The position numbers and the translations under genes were made by a program. The notes under the pieces were generated by a model. It worked only from the letters and a program-made list of their open reading frames with translations, did not search any database and was not told where the DNA came from. Source: a virus. From it: a stretch of 64,000 nt of DNA. Where the stretch lies: the IMG/VR virus record IMGVR_UViG_3300028610_002494, positions 32,001 to 96,000 of that record. One strand, written 5' to 3'. Of the stretch, positions 19,656 through 30,383 are shown one piece after another (the first letter of the stretch is position 1; every line of letters starts with the position of its first letter).

Positions 19656-20854
19656 AAATATTAGTAATAGCAGGATATCTTGAAGCAAATATCAAGAATG
19701 AAACACACAAAACTCAAAGTATTAAAGGTGGAGCATCTAAAAGTATTACAAACATAGTTAATAGCTTAAGAGATATAAAAGGTATCCAAATAAAAGTTTT
19801 AACACAAAAATTTAGAAACAAACTCTTAAAATCACTTGATCTTGATGCTTATATATTAATTCCAAGAATAATAAAAAATATTTCGAAATTTAAACCTAAC
19901 ATTATTATAACACAAGACAGAATTGCTTTTCCAACAATTCTCATTTCCAAAATAATGAAAATTCCTGTTATTTATATAATCAGATCTCCCACAGAGTTTT
20001 GTCCAAAATATGTAGATGTTGTTAACTATGGAAAAGCATGTTCAGGAATAAATAACAGGAGACAATGTTTTAAATGTATTAATAAATGGAAAACCTTGCG
20101 GATTTTAATTGATAATAGACCAAAAGGTTCAGAATATTCCATTAAAGCTTCTTTATTAAATGTTTTTTTTAAAATACGATATTTTATATGTTTATTCAAT
20201 TTGTATTTAACTAAAAAAGCTAATATGATTCTGGTTGCTTCTACATTAATGAAAGAATTTTTTTCCAATAAGATAAACCAAGATAAAATTAAAATAATTA
20301 ATATAACTCCAATCCACAAATATATAAATAATGTAAATAGAAAAAAGAAACAATTGATATTTATCAGAACCCATTATAATGCTGCACATAAAGGTTTAAA
20401 TTTCATTTTAAAATTATCAAAAATTATACCTGAAAAATATCGTATTTTAATAGTTGGCAGTTCTGAGGACAAACAACAAGAAAATAATCCAAAAATATTA
20501 AATGTTGGATATATTTCTTCTAAAATATTACTTAACAAAATGTTTGCAGAATCCAAGATCACTTTAGTTCCATCTTTCTTTACTGAAGCTTTTGGAAGGA
20601 TTATTCCTGAAAGTTTGTCAAATAAAACTCCAGTTATCTCTTCTCCACAATGTGGTGCAAACCAATTTTTTAAGGAAAAAGATTTTTTAAGGGTTGTTCC
20701 TTTAAAATTAAACTTATGGATAAAAACAATTGAAGATATTATCCAAAATCCTCCAATTATTACTGATAATGATATTTCTCAAATTTATGAGCAATTCTCA
20801 TTAGAAAAGAGTAAAAAAGATTTAATGAATATAATAAAAAATATTAAAAGGTGA
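19652..20854 (+). CDS. GT4-family glycosyltransferase
   Basis: GGA, HKGL, VPSFFTEAFGRIIPESL...PVI. Confidence 0.9.
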   Translation: MKILVIAGYLEANIKNETHKTQSIKGGASKSITNIVNSLRDIKGIQIKVLTQKFRNKLLKSLDLDAYILIPRIIKNISKFKPNIIITQDRIAFPTILISKIMKIPVIYIIRSPTEFCPKYVDVVNYGKACSGINNRRQCFKCINKWKTLRILIDNRPKGSEYSIKASLLNVFFKIRYFICLFNLYLTKKANMILVASTLMKEFFSNKINQDKIKIINITPIHKYINNVNRKKKQLIFIRTHYNAAHKGLNFILKLSKIIPEKYRILIVGSSEDKQQENNPKILNVGYISSKILLNKMFAESKITLVPSFFTEAFGRIIPESLSNKTPVISSPQCGANQFFKEKDFLRVVPLKLNLWIKTIEDIIQNPPIITDNDISQIYEQFSLEKSKKDLMNIIKNIKR

Positions 20855-21437
20855 TTAAAATAAAAGAATGGAAAGAATGGAATTCATTTATACAATGGAT
20901 ATGTATTATTGGTTTTTTTTTAATAATTATAATGGTATTTATTGAAGTTTTTTATTTTATTATAAATATTCCAGATGAACTTATTCTTGGGATTCGTGAA
21001 AATAGTATAGGGAAACATTATCTCAATAATCCAGAATTAGTAGCTGAGATGGAAGCTTTAGCATCATCATCTGAGTTTTTACATTATACAATAGTATTTT
21101 TATTATATACATTGATATGTATAGTATTATTTTTTTCATATAATGAGGTTAGAGAAAATGAAAAAATATTTAAAAAAAGGAAAAAACATAGAAAAAAATA
21201 AATTGAAACACATTTTTAAATCTATTTTATTCTATACTAAACTTGTGTTTTATGTTTCAATAGGAATTTTAAGTTTAGGAATGATATTTGTATTGTTTAT
21301 GGGTTCGGATTTAGAAGAAGAAATATTTGAAGATGAATATGAATTAATGAGGAGAAGAGAACAATTAGAAGATGATTTAATATCAGAAAAGACAAAAAAA
21401 TACAATAAATTAACTTTAATAAAAAAAGAGGAAAATA

Positions 21438-22181
21438 ATGAAAGAGAAATATAAAGATTGGAAAGAAGCATTTCAAATGAAAAAAAAGTATTCAAAAAAC
21501 TTTCCATTTTGTTTCTATGATTTAGCTGCAAAATATTTACCTGAAGATGAGAAAGCTATAGTTATTGATGTTGGTTGTGGAGAATGTAGATTTGAGGATT
21601 ATCTTGATCTATGGAACAAATATAAAAATTTATTTGTTTTAGATGGAAATCTTGAAACTGTTGATAAAATAAAAGAAAAAACAAGATTGATACATGAATT
21701 TGATTATACAATTGAATATATAGCACCAAATAGAATGTTATTTGAAAATGAATCAGTGGATTATATATTTTGTGGACACTTAATAGAACATCTTGATTTC
21801 AAGGAATTATATAAATTATTTAAAGAATTTGATCGAGTTTTAAAAAATGATGGAATTCTTGTTGTAAGCACTCCTATGTTATGGAATGGTTTTTATGGGA
21901 CACTTAGTCATGTAAAACCTTATCATCCAGCACTTTTCAAGGATTATTTTTATACTGATGATGAAAATATAAACCCATCATATAAACCTATTTCCAGAAA
22001 ATATAAACTTGAGGAACTTGTTTATAGATACCATACATTTGTAGATATACATAATACAATGGGATCATCTATAAAAGCATTTGATTTTCTAATTCAATTC
22101 TCGAAGTATGTTTTGAGAGCTTTAGGAATAAAAAAATATACTCAAACTGGATATACAATAATTTTAAGGAAACAAAAATGA
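21438..22181 (+). CDS. Class I SAM-dependent methyltransferase
   Basis: IDVGCGE, HLIEHL, RVLKNDG...STP. Confidence 0.9.
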   Translation: MKEKYKDWKEAFQMKKKYSKNFPFCFYDLAAKYLPEDEKAIVIDVGCGECRFEDYLDLWNKYKNLFVLDGNLETVDKIKEKTRLIHEFDYTIEYIAPNRMLFENESVDYIFCGHLIEHLDFKELYKLFKEFDRVLKNDGILVVSTPMLWNGFYGTLSHVKPYHPALFKDYFYTDDENINPSYKPISRKYKLEELVYRYHTFVDIHNTMGSSIKAFDFLIQFSKYVLRALGIKKYTQTGYTIILRKQK

Positions 22182-22858
22182 ATAACATTAAAGATACAAG
22201 CTGGATTTCATATAAAACACTTCAATCACATTTTATGCAAATTTATTTAACAATAAAACTAAAAGCTAAAGATGTTCTTGAGATTGGAGTATTAAGGAAA
22301 ATTGTCACTTCTATTTTAAATCAATATTGTAATTTAACCACTCTTGATTTTAAAGAAGAGTTTAATCCAGACTTGATTATTGATATTACTGATTCTAAAC
22401 AGCTTGATACCATTAAAAATAATGCTTATGATTTAATATTACTCTGTGAAGTGTTAGAACATATTTCTTATGAAAAAATAGATAAAATACTCAAAATATT
22501 AAAAAAGAAAACAAGAAAATACCTAATAATTTCAGTTCCAAATCAAACTACATATATAAATCTAACTTTCTTTAATCACAGTAATAATAGAATACTTAAA
22601 AAAATAAAAGATTATTTTAATTTATTTTTTATTAAAATAGGAAACTTAATTTCAAAATTAGACTATAATATAAGGAAAAAACATAGAAAATATAAATCCG
22701 AAGGGACTTTCTTTCCTCATTGTTGGGAATTAGGAGTAGATAAATATAGTATAAACACATTTAAAAAACTATTAGAAAAGTATTTTACAATTATAAAAGA
22801 AGAAAGACTTAGAGATCATCCTTTTCACCATTTTTTTATATTAAAAAAGAGGTTATAA
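22178..22858 (+). CDS. Class I SAM-dependent methyltransferase
   Basis: VLEIG, CEVLEHI, IISVP, HCWELG. Confidence 0.85.
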   Translation: MNNIKDTSWISYKTLQSHFMQIYLTIKLKAKDVLEIGVLRKIVTSILNQYCNLTTLDFKEEFNPDLIIDITDSKQLDTIKNNAYDLILLCEVLEHISYEKIDKILKILKKKTRKYLIISVPNQTTYINLTFFNHSNNRILKKIKDYFNLFFIKIGNLISKLDYNIRKKHRKYKSEGTFFPHCWELGVDKYSINTFKKLLEKYFTIIKEERLRDHPFHHFFILKKRL

Positions 22859-22859
22859 A

Positions 22860-23594
22860 ATGGGATTAACAAATGTTATCATTGATTTTCAAGAAGAAAT
22901 CATTCAAAAAATAGGTTTTCAATGGCAAAACATAAGAATATGTGAACTTGGTGCTATGTATATGAGAACAGTTGATATTCCTGCAAAAGAATATTATATT
23001 AAAGAAAAAAAAGTATTAGAACATATATCTATTGATTGGAATGGTATGTATGATTCACTTCCAATTGATTTATGTTTTCCTGTTCCTGAAGAATTATTAA
23101 ATAGATTTCATTTAATAACTGATTTTGGAACAATAGAACATGTAGATAATCAATATCAAGTTTTTAAAAATACACATGATATATGTACTAAAAATGGAAT
23201 TATGATCCACATCTTACCAACCTTAAATTATTGGAAATTTCATTGTCGTTATTTTTATACAAAAGAATTCTTTTTAAAATTAGCAGAATTATGTAAATAT
23301 AAAACTCTTGATTTAAAAGAAGGAAATTGTTGTGATCCACCAATATTTAAGAGAGATTTGATTTATGTAGCATTTTTAAAACTAAATAATAATAAATTTA
23401 CTTCAGAAAAAGAATTTAATAAGCTTAATATATTTGATATAAAAGAACCAGATAATACTAACAAACTTAGAACAGAAAATATTGTTTACATTTTATGGAA
23501 ATTAACAGAACACCAATTTTTTTTGAAGGGTTTTCGTAAAATACTTAAAAATATCTATAAGATATATATAAATGTTAAAAAAGGTATAAAATGA
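22860..23594 (+). CDS. Class I SAM-dependent methyltransferase-like protein
   Basis: ICELG, SIDWNG, DFGTIEHV, GIMIHILP. Confidence 0.8.
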   Translation: MGLTNVIIDFQEEIIQKIGFQWQNIRICELGAMYMRTVDIPAKEYYIKEKKVLEHISIDWNGMYDSLPIDLCFPVPEELLNRFHLITDFGTIEHVDNQYQVFKNTHDICTKNGIMIHILPTLNYWKFHCRYFYTKEFFLKLAELCKYKTLDLKEGNCCDPPIFKRDLIYVAFLKLNNNKFTSEKEFNKLNIFDIKEPDNTNKLRTENIVYILWKLTEHQFFLKGFRKILKNIYKIYINVKKGIK

Positions 23595-24466
23595 AAACAA
23601 GAATATTCATACTCTGTGCAGGGAAAAATGTAAAATATTATGGAATTACAAGACAATTATTAAAGATAAATGGAGAAGAAATATTAGGAAGAATGATTAG
23701 ATTAATAAAAGAAGAATGTAATTATGAGATTTTTATAATCACCAATAATGATATTATAGAGAATTATATTAAAAGTATTAGAAATAATAAAATTATACTT
23801 TTTCATCCTGCTGCTGAACGATATCATATGGAAAGCTTATATTCAACTAAAGAAGAATGGGTTGAAAGAAATATATTCTTATTTGGTGATGTAGTGTTCT
23901 CTAAACATGCTATAAAAAAAATATTAAATTCTGATAATAAATTAAGTTTCTTCTTTAGAATAAAACCACATTTATATTTAAACAAACGTTATCCTGAAGG
24001 TTTTGGTATGTTAATTCCATTGAATGAAACTAATAGGATGTCAGATATCATTTTAAGATCCTATAAAAGAGCATCTATACATGGTGGAGTATTTATATTT
24101 AATAGTATTTGGAAAGAACTTAATTTAAGATTAGGAGAAGAACATTTAGAATTTGAATCTTATAAAACACGTGATTTAATCAGTAAACTATGCTTAAATG
24201 AATTTATAAGAGGTATTTTTTATGGAATAATACGATCCATTGAAGGAAAAATAATACGATTTATTTTTTATAAAGCTAAAATATCTGATAAATGGAAAAA
24301 TAAACTTGTTAAATTATTTTTAGGGAAAAAAATTCCAGATTATAATAAAAACTTATTATCATCTAAATACATTGTAGAAATACATGATATAACTGATGAT
24401 ATAGATCATCCAAGAGAGTATAAAGATTATATTAAACTAATAGTGAAAAAAGGTTTATTACAATGA
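23591..24466 (+). CDS. Nucleotidyltransferase (sugar/choline-phosphate NTP-transferase fold)
   Basis: ILCAG...RQLLKINGE, FGDV, DDID..EY. Confidence 0.75.
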   Translation: MKTRIFILCAGKNVKYYGITRQLLKINGEEILGRMIRLIKEECNYEIFIITNNDIIENYIKSIRNNKIILFHPAAERYHMESLYSTKEEWVERNIFLFGDVVFSKHAIKKILNSDNKLSFFFRIKPHLYLNKRYPEGFGMLIPLNETNRMSDIILRSYKRASIHGGVFIFNSIWKELNLRLGEEHLEFESYKTRDLISKLCLNEFIRGIFYGIIRSIEGKIIRFIFYKAKISDKWKNKLVKLFLGKKIPDYNKNLLSSKYIVEIHDITDDIDHPREYKDYIKLIVKKGLLQ

Positions 24467-25377
24467 TGGATGCTACTGATAAATTTACTACAATTGGTTT
24501 TGAAATAACGAACCACTGTAATAAAAACTGTAAATTTTGCACTAAGATGACAGGATATAAATATAAAATCAGATATACAAAATTAGATGATTATGAATAT
24601 GTTGTGTCTTGTATAAACAAGAAAGACAGAGAAAAATTTAGAAAAGTAGTGATCACTGGTGGAGAACCACTTTTACATCCACATTTTATAGAATTAATGA
24701 ATTTAGTAAGAAAAGATTTTCCGAAAGCTGAGATTAAAGTACAATCAAATGGAAGATTAATTAAAAGATTGCCACAAAAGAAATTAAGAATTTTACCTAA
24801 TATAAAAAAAGTAATATTTTCAGTATCCCATTATCCAAGCTGGAACGATGAAATAAAGAAAATATATGACGGAAATATTAAAACACCGTTAATTTATAGA
24901 AGAGTAATCAGAAAACTAACCAAAAATAACAAATTTATAAAATTACTCAATTTAGATTATAGAATTCCATTTATAAAAAAAGTAAGACGATTTATTAGCA
25001 ATCCTTTTAAAAGAGGAAATGTTTACTTTAAGAATTTCACAGGATTTCGTGATCCTTATGTAGATCCAAATCTAACGAAAGAAAATGCAAAAATAGTTAG
25101 AAAAACATGTCATTATTTTATTTGGATAATAGACAGAAAGCTTTATAGCTGTTGTGTAGATTCTGTTTATGAAAGATATTATAACACCAAATCTGTTGGT
25201 ATTAAATTTGATAAAAACTGGAAAAAAAATTATTTCAAATTACCAACATGGAGAGCTTGTGCTCATTGTCCACAAGGATATAATAGGTACATAGTAATTA
25301 GTTCAGGATTTGAAAAATATAAATTAATTAGTTTAAGAAAAAGATTAGAATTTGTGAGGATTAAAACCCATGTTTAA
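24463..25377 (+). CDS. Radical SAM protein
   Basis: CNKNCKFC, TGGEPLLHP, SNG; C-terminal Cys cluster. Confidence 0.9.
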   Translation: MMDATDKFTTIGFEITNHCNKNCKFCTKMTGYKYKIRYTKLDDYEYVVSCINKKDREKFRKVVITGGEPLLHPHFIELMNLVRKDFPKAEIKVQSNGRLIKRLPQKKLRILPNIKKVIFSVSHYPSWNDEIKKIYDGNIKTPLIYRRVIRKLTKNNKFIKLLNLDYRIPFIKKVRRFISNPFKRGNVYFKNFTGFRDPYVDPNLTKENAKIVRKTCHYFIWIIDRKLYSCCVDSVYERYYNTKSVGIKFDKNWKKNYFKLPTWRACAHCPQGYNRYIVISSGFEKYKLISLRKRLEFVRIKTHV

Positions 25378-25804
25378 AAAAATAAAATTATCACAATTCA
25401 TTGGCAGACAATTATCAAGATTAAAAATGGGTCAAGTATATTATGTAATGGGAATGTATTCTATAACAGCTGTAGGAATATTAAAAGTAGCATTTCCACA
25501 AATAAGTATTTGGACATTTATACTTTTTATTCCATTTATGTTTGTTGGAGCTTTTTTAATTGGTTTTATTGCAGATAGAAGTAATGTTACAACGATGGAT
25601 TATCAGAAGACAATAGAGATGACAAACAGATATTTAACCATTTTAGACTTTAAAAATAATGATTTTAGAATACTCCAAATGGAAACTATGTTTGAATGGA
25701 TAAAATCCTTAAAAGAAAATAAACCTTTAGATAAAAATATATTAAATGAGAAATATAAAGAATTTTTAAATAAATGGAGTCCTAAAAAAGAAAATGAAAA
25801 ATAA
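25370..25804 (+). CDS. Membrane protein
   Basis: Two hydrophobic helices. Confidence 0.6.
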   Translation: MFKKIKLSQFIGRQLSRLKMGQVYYVMGMYSITAVGILKVAFPQISIWTFILFIPFMFVGAFLIGFIADRSNVTTMDYQKTIEMTNRYLTILDFKNNDFRILQMETMFEWIKSLKENKPLDKNILNEKYKEFLNKWSPKKENEK

Positions 25805-25968
25805 AATAATAACACCTAAAAACTTAACAAATCAACAAAAATGTGATATTGATTGGATTATAAATGTATTAACCAAATCAACAAAAAACTCAATAAGTTC
25901 TGTAAATATTTATTTTAATGGGTTTGATATTAAATTTAATTATAAAATAAAAATTAAGCTGAGGAAAA

Positions 25969-26424
25969 ATGGAAAAAAATAAAGATTTAATTGATACTTT
26001 AGATCCACTACATTATTACACTAAAAAGGATTTATGTGGAAATTGTAAATATATAAAATCATTTTTATGTGATAAGAGATATGCTGAAGGAATTAACATA
26101 ACCTATTTAGAACAATATCAAATTAAAATATATATATATAAATTTATATCAAATAATTTAAGAAAGATAATTGATTCATTACACGACAAAGAACTATATC
26201 ATCATAGACAAGGTGGATATTTTGCTTTAAAATCAACCAATTTCCATTGTGGTGAATCTTGTGATTGTGATTGTTCTACAGAAAGATGCTGGGAATTTGA
26301 AAGAGTACCAAGTAGAAGACAGCCACATTGCATCAAGTTTTTTGGTTTGGATTTACCTGAAAAATATAAAGAGAACAATATTACATTTATTTTAGGCAAT
26401 TTAGAGTTTGAGAAAATAATATAA
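25969..26424 (+). CDS. Cys-rich protein, possibly a degenerate DUF2284-like paralogue
   Basis: CGNC...C, CGESCDCDC...C...R..CIKFFGLD. Confidence 0.45.
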   Translation: MEKNKDLIDTLDPLHYYTKKDLCGNCKYIKSFLCDKRYAEGINITYLEQYQIKIYIYKFISNNLRKIIDSLHDKELYHHRQGGYFALKSTNFHCGESCDCDCSTERCWEFERVPSRRQPHCIKFFGLDLPEKYKENNITFILGNLEFEKII

Positions 26425-26450
26425 ACAAGGTTTATATAAACAAGGTTTAT
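26421..26450 (+). repeat. Palindromic motif B (ATAAAC-AAG-GTTTAT), tandem x2
   Basis: ATAAACAAGGTTTAT twice; overlaps the stop codon of the upstream ORF. Confidence 0.9.
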
Positions 26451-26462
26451 ATAAAATAAAAT

Positions 26463-26500
26463 AAAGTTAAATAGTAAAATAGTCTTTAAATAATTATAGA
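26463..26500 (+). promoter_or_regulatory. Conserved archaeal-type promoter (motif C)
   Basis: TTAAATA TATA-like box followed by AAATAGTCTTTA (26477-26488). Confidence 0.6.
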
Positions 26501-26515
26501 GGTTAAAAATTAAAT

Positions 26516-27805
26516 ATGAAATATAAAATGAAAGAATTAAGTATTGAAATAACATATAAATGTCCAATGAATTGTATTCATTGTAGCAGTAGAGCAGAAC
26601 TTGAAAATGAGACAATGATACCAACAGAAAAGATTTTAGAAATGATTGGAAGATGTAAAATATACTGTGGAACTGAATGTGTTTCTCTTTCAGGTGGAGA
26701 ACCATTTGAACATCCTGATTTCTGGAAAATATTAAAACACATTAAAGCTCAAGGTTTAAAAAGTATAGTTTATTCTTGTGGAATTGAGATGTCACCTGAT
26801 GGATATTATTGGTGTTTTAGTGATGAAAGAATAAAAAAACTAAAAACCTTATGTGATGTGTTAATAATAAGTTTACATGGAACTGGTGATAAACATAATA
26901 AAATATTAAATATTGGAGATACTGCTTTTTGGAATGTATTATATACAATAATGAAAGCAGTGCGTGAAAGTATTAAAGTTGAAATTCACTTTGTTCCTAT
27001 GTCTTTTAACTATAAAGACATTAAAATTATATATGGAGTCTGTATGGCACTTGGTGTTTCTAAAATGTCAATATTACGATATGTACCACAAGGAAGAGGA
27101 TTAGAAACAAGTAAAACTGAAGGAGAAATAAACCTAAATAAACCACAATTTATCGAACTACAATATGATATGAGATATATAAGAGATTTATCTAAAATCA
27201 CTGGTATGACTGAATTTAGAATTGGTATTCCAGCAGACTTTACATTTTTACTTGATTATCTTGAAGGGAATAATGATGCCAAAAAAACTAAAGCTTGTAC
27301 AGGTGGAAAAACTAAAATACTTGTAAAAGCTGATGGGTTTGTTCAAGTATGTCCTGCTTGGAAAGAACTTGATCACCTTTCAGCAGGAAATATTTATAAA
27401 GAAGATATTGTAGATATATGGAAAAAAGGAAATACTTATTGTAAATTTAGAGAATTTACCTATAAAGATTTAGGAGAACCATGTAAAAATTGTAAACTTG
27501 TTGAAAGTTGTTTAGGTGGTTGTGGAGCTCAAAGAATTTTGAATTCAACCTTTAAAGAAATAAATGGACTAAAAATTGCTCCTGATCCATTATGTTTTTA
27601 TGATGAAATAGAACTTACTAAAAAAGGGTTGATTGAATTAATAGATATATTAGAACTAAAGAAATGGTTAATCAATAAAAAAGAAGAATATGAAGAAATT
27701 GCTGTTAATTCAATGTCAGATTCACGAGCAGTTAATTATATGGCAAGAACAACTACTATTAAAGAAATCCTTAAATATATTGAAGAAATAAAAGAGATTA
27801 ATTAA
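26516..27805 (+). CDS. Radical SAM/SPASM protein
   Basis: CPMNCIHC, SGGEP; SPASM-like CTGG...CP...CKNC...CLGGC. Confidence 0.9.
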   Translation: MKYKMKELSIEITYKCPMNCIHCSSRAELENETMIPTEKILEMIGRCKIYCGTECVSLSGGEPFEHPDFWKILKHIKAQGLKSIVYSCGIEMSPDGYYWCFSDERIKKLKTLCDVLIISLHGTGDKHNKILNIGDTAFWNVLYTIMKAVRESIKVEIHFVPMSFNYKDIKIIYGVCMALGVSKMSILRYVPQGRGLETSKTEGEINLNKPQFIELQYDMRYIRDLSKITGMTEFRIGIPADFTFLLDYLEGNNDAKKTKACTGGKTKILVKADGFVQVCPAWKELDHLSAGNIYKEDIVDIWKKGNTYCKFREFTYKDLGEPCKNCKLVESCLGGCGAQRILNSTFKEINGLKIAPDPLCFYDEIELTKKGLIELIDILELKKWLINKKEEYEEIAVNSMSDSRAVNYMARTTTIKEILKYIEEIKEIN

Positions 27806-28023
27806 ATGTATGCAATCCCAAGGAAGAAAAGGAAAAATAAATCAATAGAAATCTCTGAGAAATTATTTTCAGAAGCTATACATAATCAAGATTATGAAAA
27901 AGCAGCATCGGTTGTTTTTTGGTGTGTTCTTAAAGAATTTGCTCAAGAAGGAATTATAAGTGCATTAGAAAATGGAAATTCATTCTATGAAAGAAAAAAA
28001 TATAGAAATAGAGGTTTATAATA

Positions 28024-30381
28024 TTGAGAAGAAGATTCACATTTGATATAGAAATTAATTATGATGAAATAGACCCATTTGATTTAGTAATTAAAAAAGG
28101 ATCAAGTCCTATTCAAATGTTTGGTTGTTATGATTATTATAAAAATAAATTTTATTCCTTTTTTTATCATAAAAACGTGAAATTAATACCTGCAGAAGAA
28201 ATTAAAAATAAAATTGATAAAAAAATATATTTAATGCTTAAAAAACATTTTGGAAATCAAAAATTTGTTGTTAAAGAAGGATTTTTTAATTCTACTGAAA
28301 GTGGAAGAAAATGGAAATGTAGATATCTTTCTTTTAATAATGAAAAAATAATGATTAGAGCATTTATGAAATTTGTTAAAGATATCAGTCCAGACATTTG
28401 GTCTGGGTTCTTTATTGAAACATTTGATCTTGTTTATATTATGAACAGATGTAAAACACTAAAAGTTAGTTATAAATATTTAAGTCCACTTTATGAAGCT
28501 TATATAAGTCATGGAAGAGCTAAAATAAGAGGAAGTATAATATATGACACTCCTAAAACTTATGCTAAATATATGGGAACTCATCGTCATGCTAATTCAC
28601 TGAAAAAAATAGCTGAATCACATCTGAAAAGAGATGATGACCACAAAATAACTAAAACATCTGAAAGTATTATAAACGAAGATTGGTATGATAATGATTG
28701 GAAAAAATTCATAGAATATTGTTTAGTAGATGTAGAATTATGTGTTTTATTAGAAGAAGAACTTGAACTAATAAGCATGGCAGAAGGATTTGAAAAATTT
28801 ACTGGAACCAACCCTGAATTTGTATTTTTTCCTTCTCATCTAATTGAAAGTACATTTAATTTCATTAAACCTATTTATGAAGAACAAGTATTAAAAAATG
28901 AATATAAAATTGCATTTAACACTAAAAAGAGAAGAAAATTTGAGAAAGCAGCAGGTGCAAAAGTATTAGAAAGTAAAAAAGGATTTTATCGAAAAGGATT
29001 AATGATAATCCTTGATCTTGCAAAAGAATATCCAAAAATAATAGAAAGTATAAATATATCACCTGAAACTTTAGTTAAAATAATAGATCAAAATGAGAAA
29101 GACAAATACAATTATTGTAAAGAAAATGATGTATATTATGTTAAAGAACCAATAGGATTTGTTCCTTTTGCTTTTAAATTTCTTTATTTAATAAGAGATC
29201 GTATAGAAAAAGAAAGAGATAAATTTGAATTTGGTTCTGATAAATTTAATGATATGAACAAAAAAAGACAAACAGTAAAAGATTTGATAAATGCTGTCAC
29301 AGGTCAAGCTGATTATGCAGACTCAATTATTCTTAGTCCAATATGTGCTAATTCATGTAGATTAACTGGACAAAAAGAAATAGTAATATCTGTTAATTAC
29401 ACAAAAAAATTTGGTATTGAATTAAAATTAAAACTTAAGGTTATTTATGGTGATACTGATTCTATTTTTGTTTGGTTAGAAAATGTACAAGATGTTGAGA
29501 TTGCAAAGAAAATAGCTAAAGAAATATGTAAATGGATACAAGTTGGGTTTGATAAATATGCAAAAGAACTAAATTTAAAATCTCACCAATTTGAAATAGG
29601 TTTAGAAAAAATATTAGATATTTTTGTTAGTATAGGCAAAAAGAAAAAGTATTTTGGGCATATTTTATGGGCAGATGGTAATTATGTAAAAGAAGAAAGC
29701 AGTTTACTTGTAAAAGGATTTGAGACAAGAAGATCAGACAGTAGTGATTTTACAGATAAAATACAAAAAGAAATATTTGGATTAATAAACAAAACAAGAA
29801 TATTAGGATGGCATAAAGTAAGAAAAAAAATACTACATAAAATAAAAGTGGAATATCCAGATGGGTTTTCAGAAGATAATTTACTTACAATTGGAATACC
29901 TAAAAAAATAAATAAACGATTTAAAGATTACAAAGTGACAAATGCTCATCTAAGAGGATGTGAATATGCTAATAAATATGTTAATGCTAATTTTCATGCT
30001 GGTTCTAAACCTAAATTGATTTATATTAAAGAGGTTAAACAAAAAGGTGATATAACTTTTCCAAAAAAATATCCACCAACAGATGTATTATGTGTGCAAG
30101 AAGGTATGAAAATTCCAGAAGGAGTTTTTATTATTGACAAAAAAACAATGCTGGAAAAAACAGTTTATAAAAAATTAAGACAAACACTTGATGTTGTAGG
30201 AATACCAATATCACAAATACAAAGTGGATTGAAACAAACTAATATAAAAGATTATTTTAATAAATTTAGTAATGACAAAAAAATAACGAAAAAACATATT
30301 TTAACTATAAATAAAGAAAAGTTAGGTAAAATATTAATTAACTCTAAAAATATTCTTAAAACTATGAAAAAAGAGGTTTAA
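28024..30381 (+). CDS. polB: Family B DNA polymerase (exonuclease and polymerase domains, no NTD)
   Basis: ExoI FDIE, ExoIII YCLVD, motif C YGDTDS, KKKY, KGFE.RRSD, C-terminal PIP box QTNIKDYF. Confidence 0.95.
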   Translation: MRRRFTFDIEINYDEIDPFDLVIKKGSSPIQMFGCYDYYKNKFYSFFYHKNVKLIPAEEIKNKIDKKIYLMLKKHFGNQKFVVKEGFFNSTESGRKWKCRYLSFNNEKIMIRAFMKFVKDISPDIWSGFFIETFDLVYIMNRCKTLKVSYKYLSPLYEAYISHGRAKIRGSIIYDTPKTYAKYMGTHRHANSLKKIAESHLKRDDDHKITKTSESIINEDWYDNDWKKFIEYCLVDVELCVLLEEELELISMAEGFEKFTGTNPEFVFFPSHLIESTFNFIKPIYEEQVLKNEYKIAFNTKKRRKFEKAAGAKVLESKKGFYRKGLMIILDLAKEYPKIIESINISPETLVKIIDQNEKDKYNYCKENDVYYVKEPIGFVPFAFKFLYLIRDRIEKERDKFEFGSDKFNDMNKKRQTVKDLINAVTGQADYADSIILSPICANSCRLTGQKEIVISVNYTKKFGIELKLKLKVIYGDTDSIFVWLENVQDVEIAKKIAKEICKWIQVGFDKYAKELNLKSHQFEIGLEKILDIFVSIGKKKKYFGHILWADGNYVKEESSLLVKGFETRRSDSSDFTDKIQKEIFGLINKTRILGWHKVRKKILHKIKVEYPDGFSEDNLLTIGIPKKINKRFKDYKVTNAHLRGCEYANKYVNANFHAGSKPKLIYIKEVKQKGDITFPKKYPPTDVLCVQEGMKIPEGVFIIDKKTMLEKTVYKKLRQTLDVVGIPISQIQSGLKQTNIKDYFNKFSNDKKITKKHILTINKEKLGKILINSKNILKTMKKEV

Positions 30382-30383
30382 AT

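Noticed and set aside
28024-30381. Intein or inactive PolB
   Set aside because: No intein-sized insertion or splice motifs; catalytic Asp residues of motifs A and C are present.
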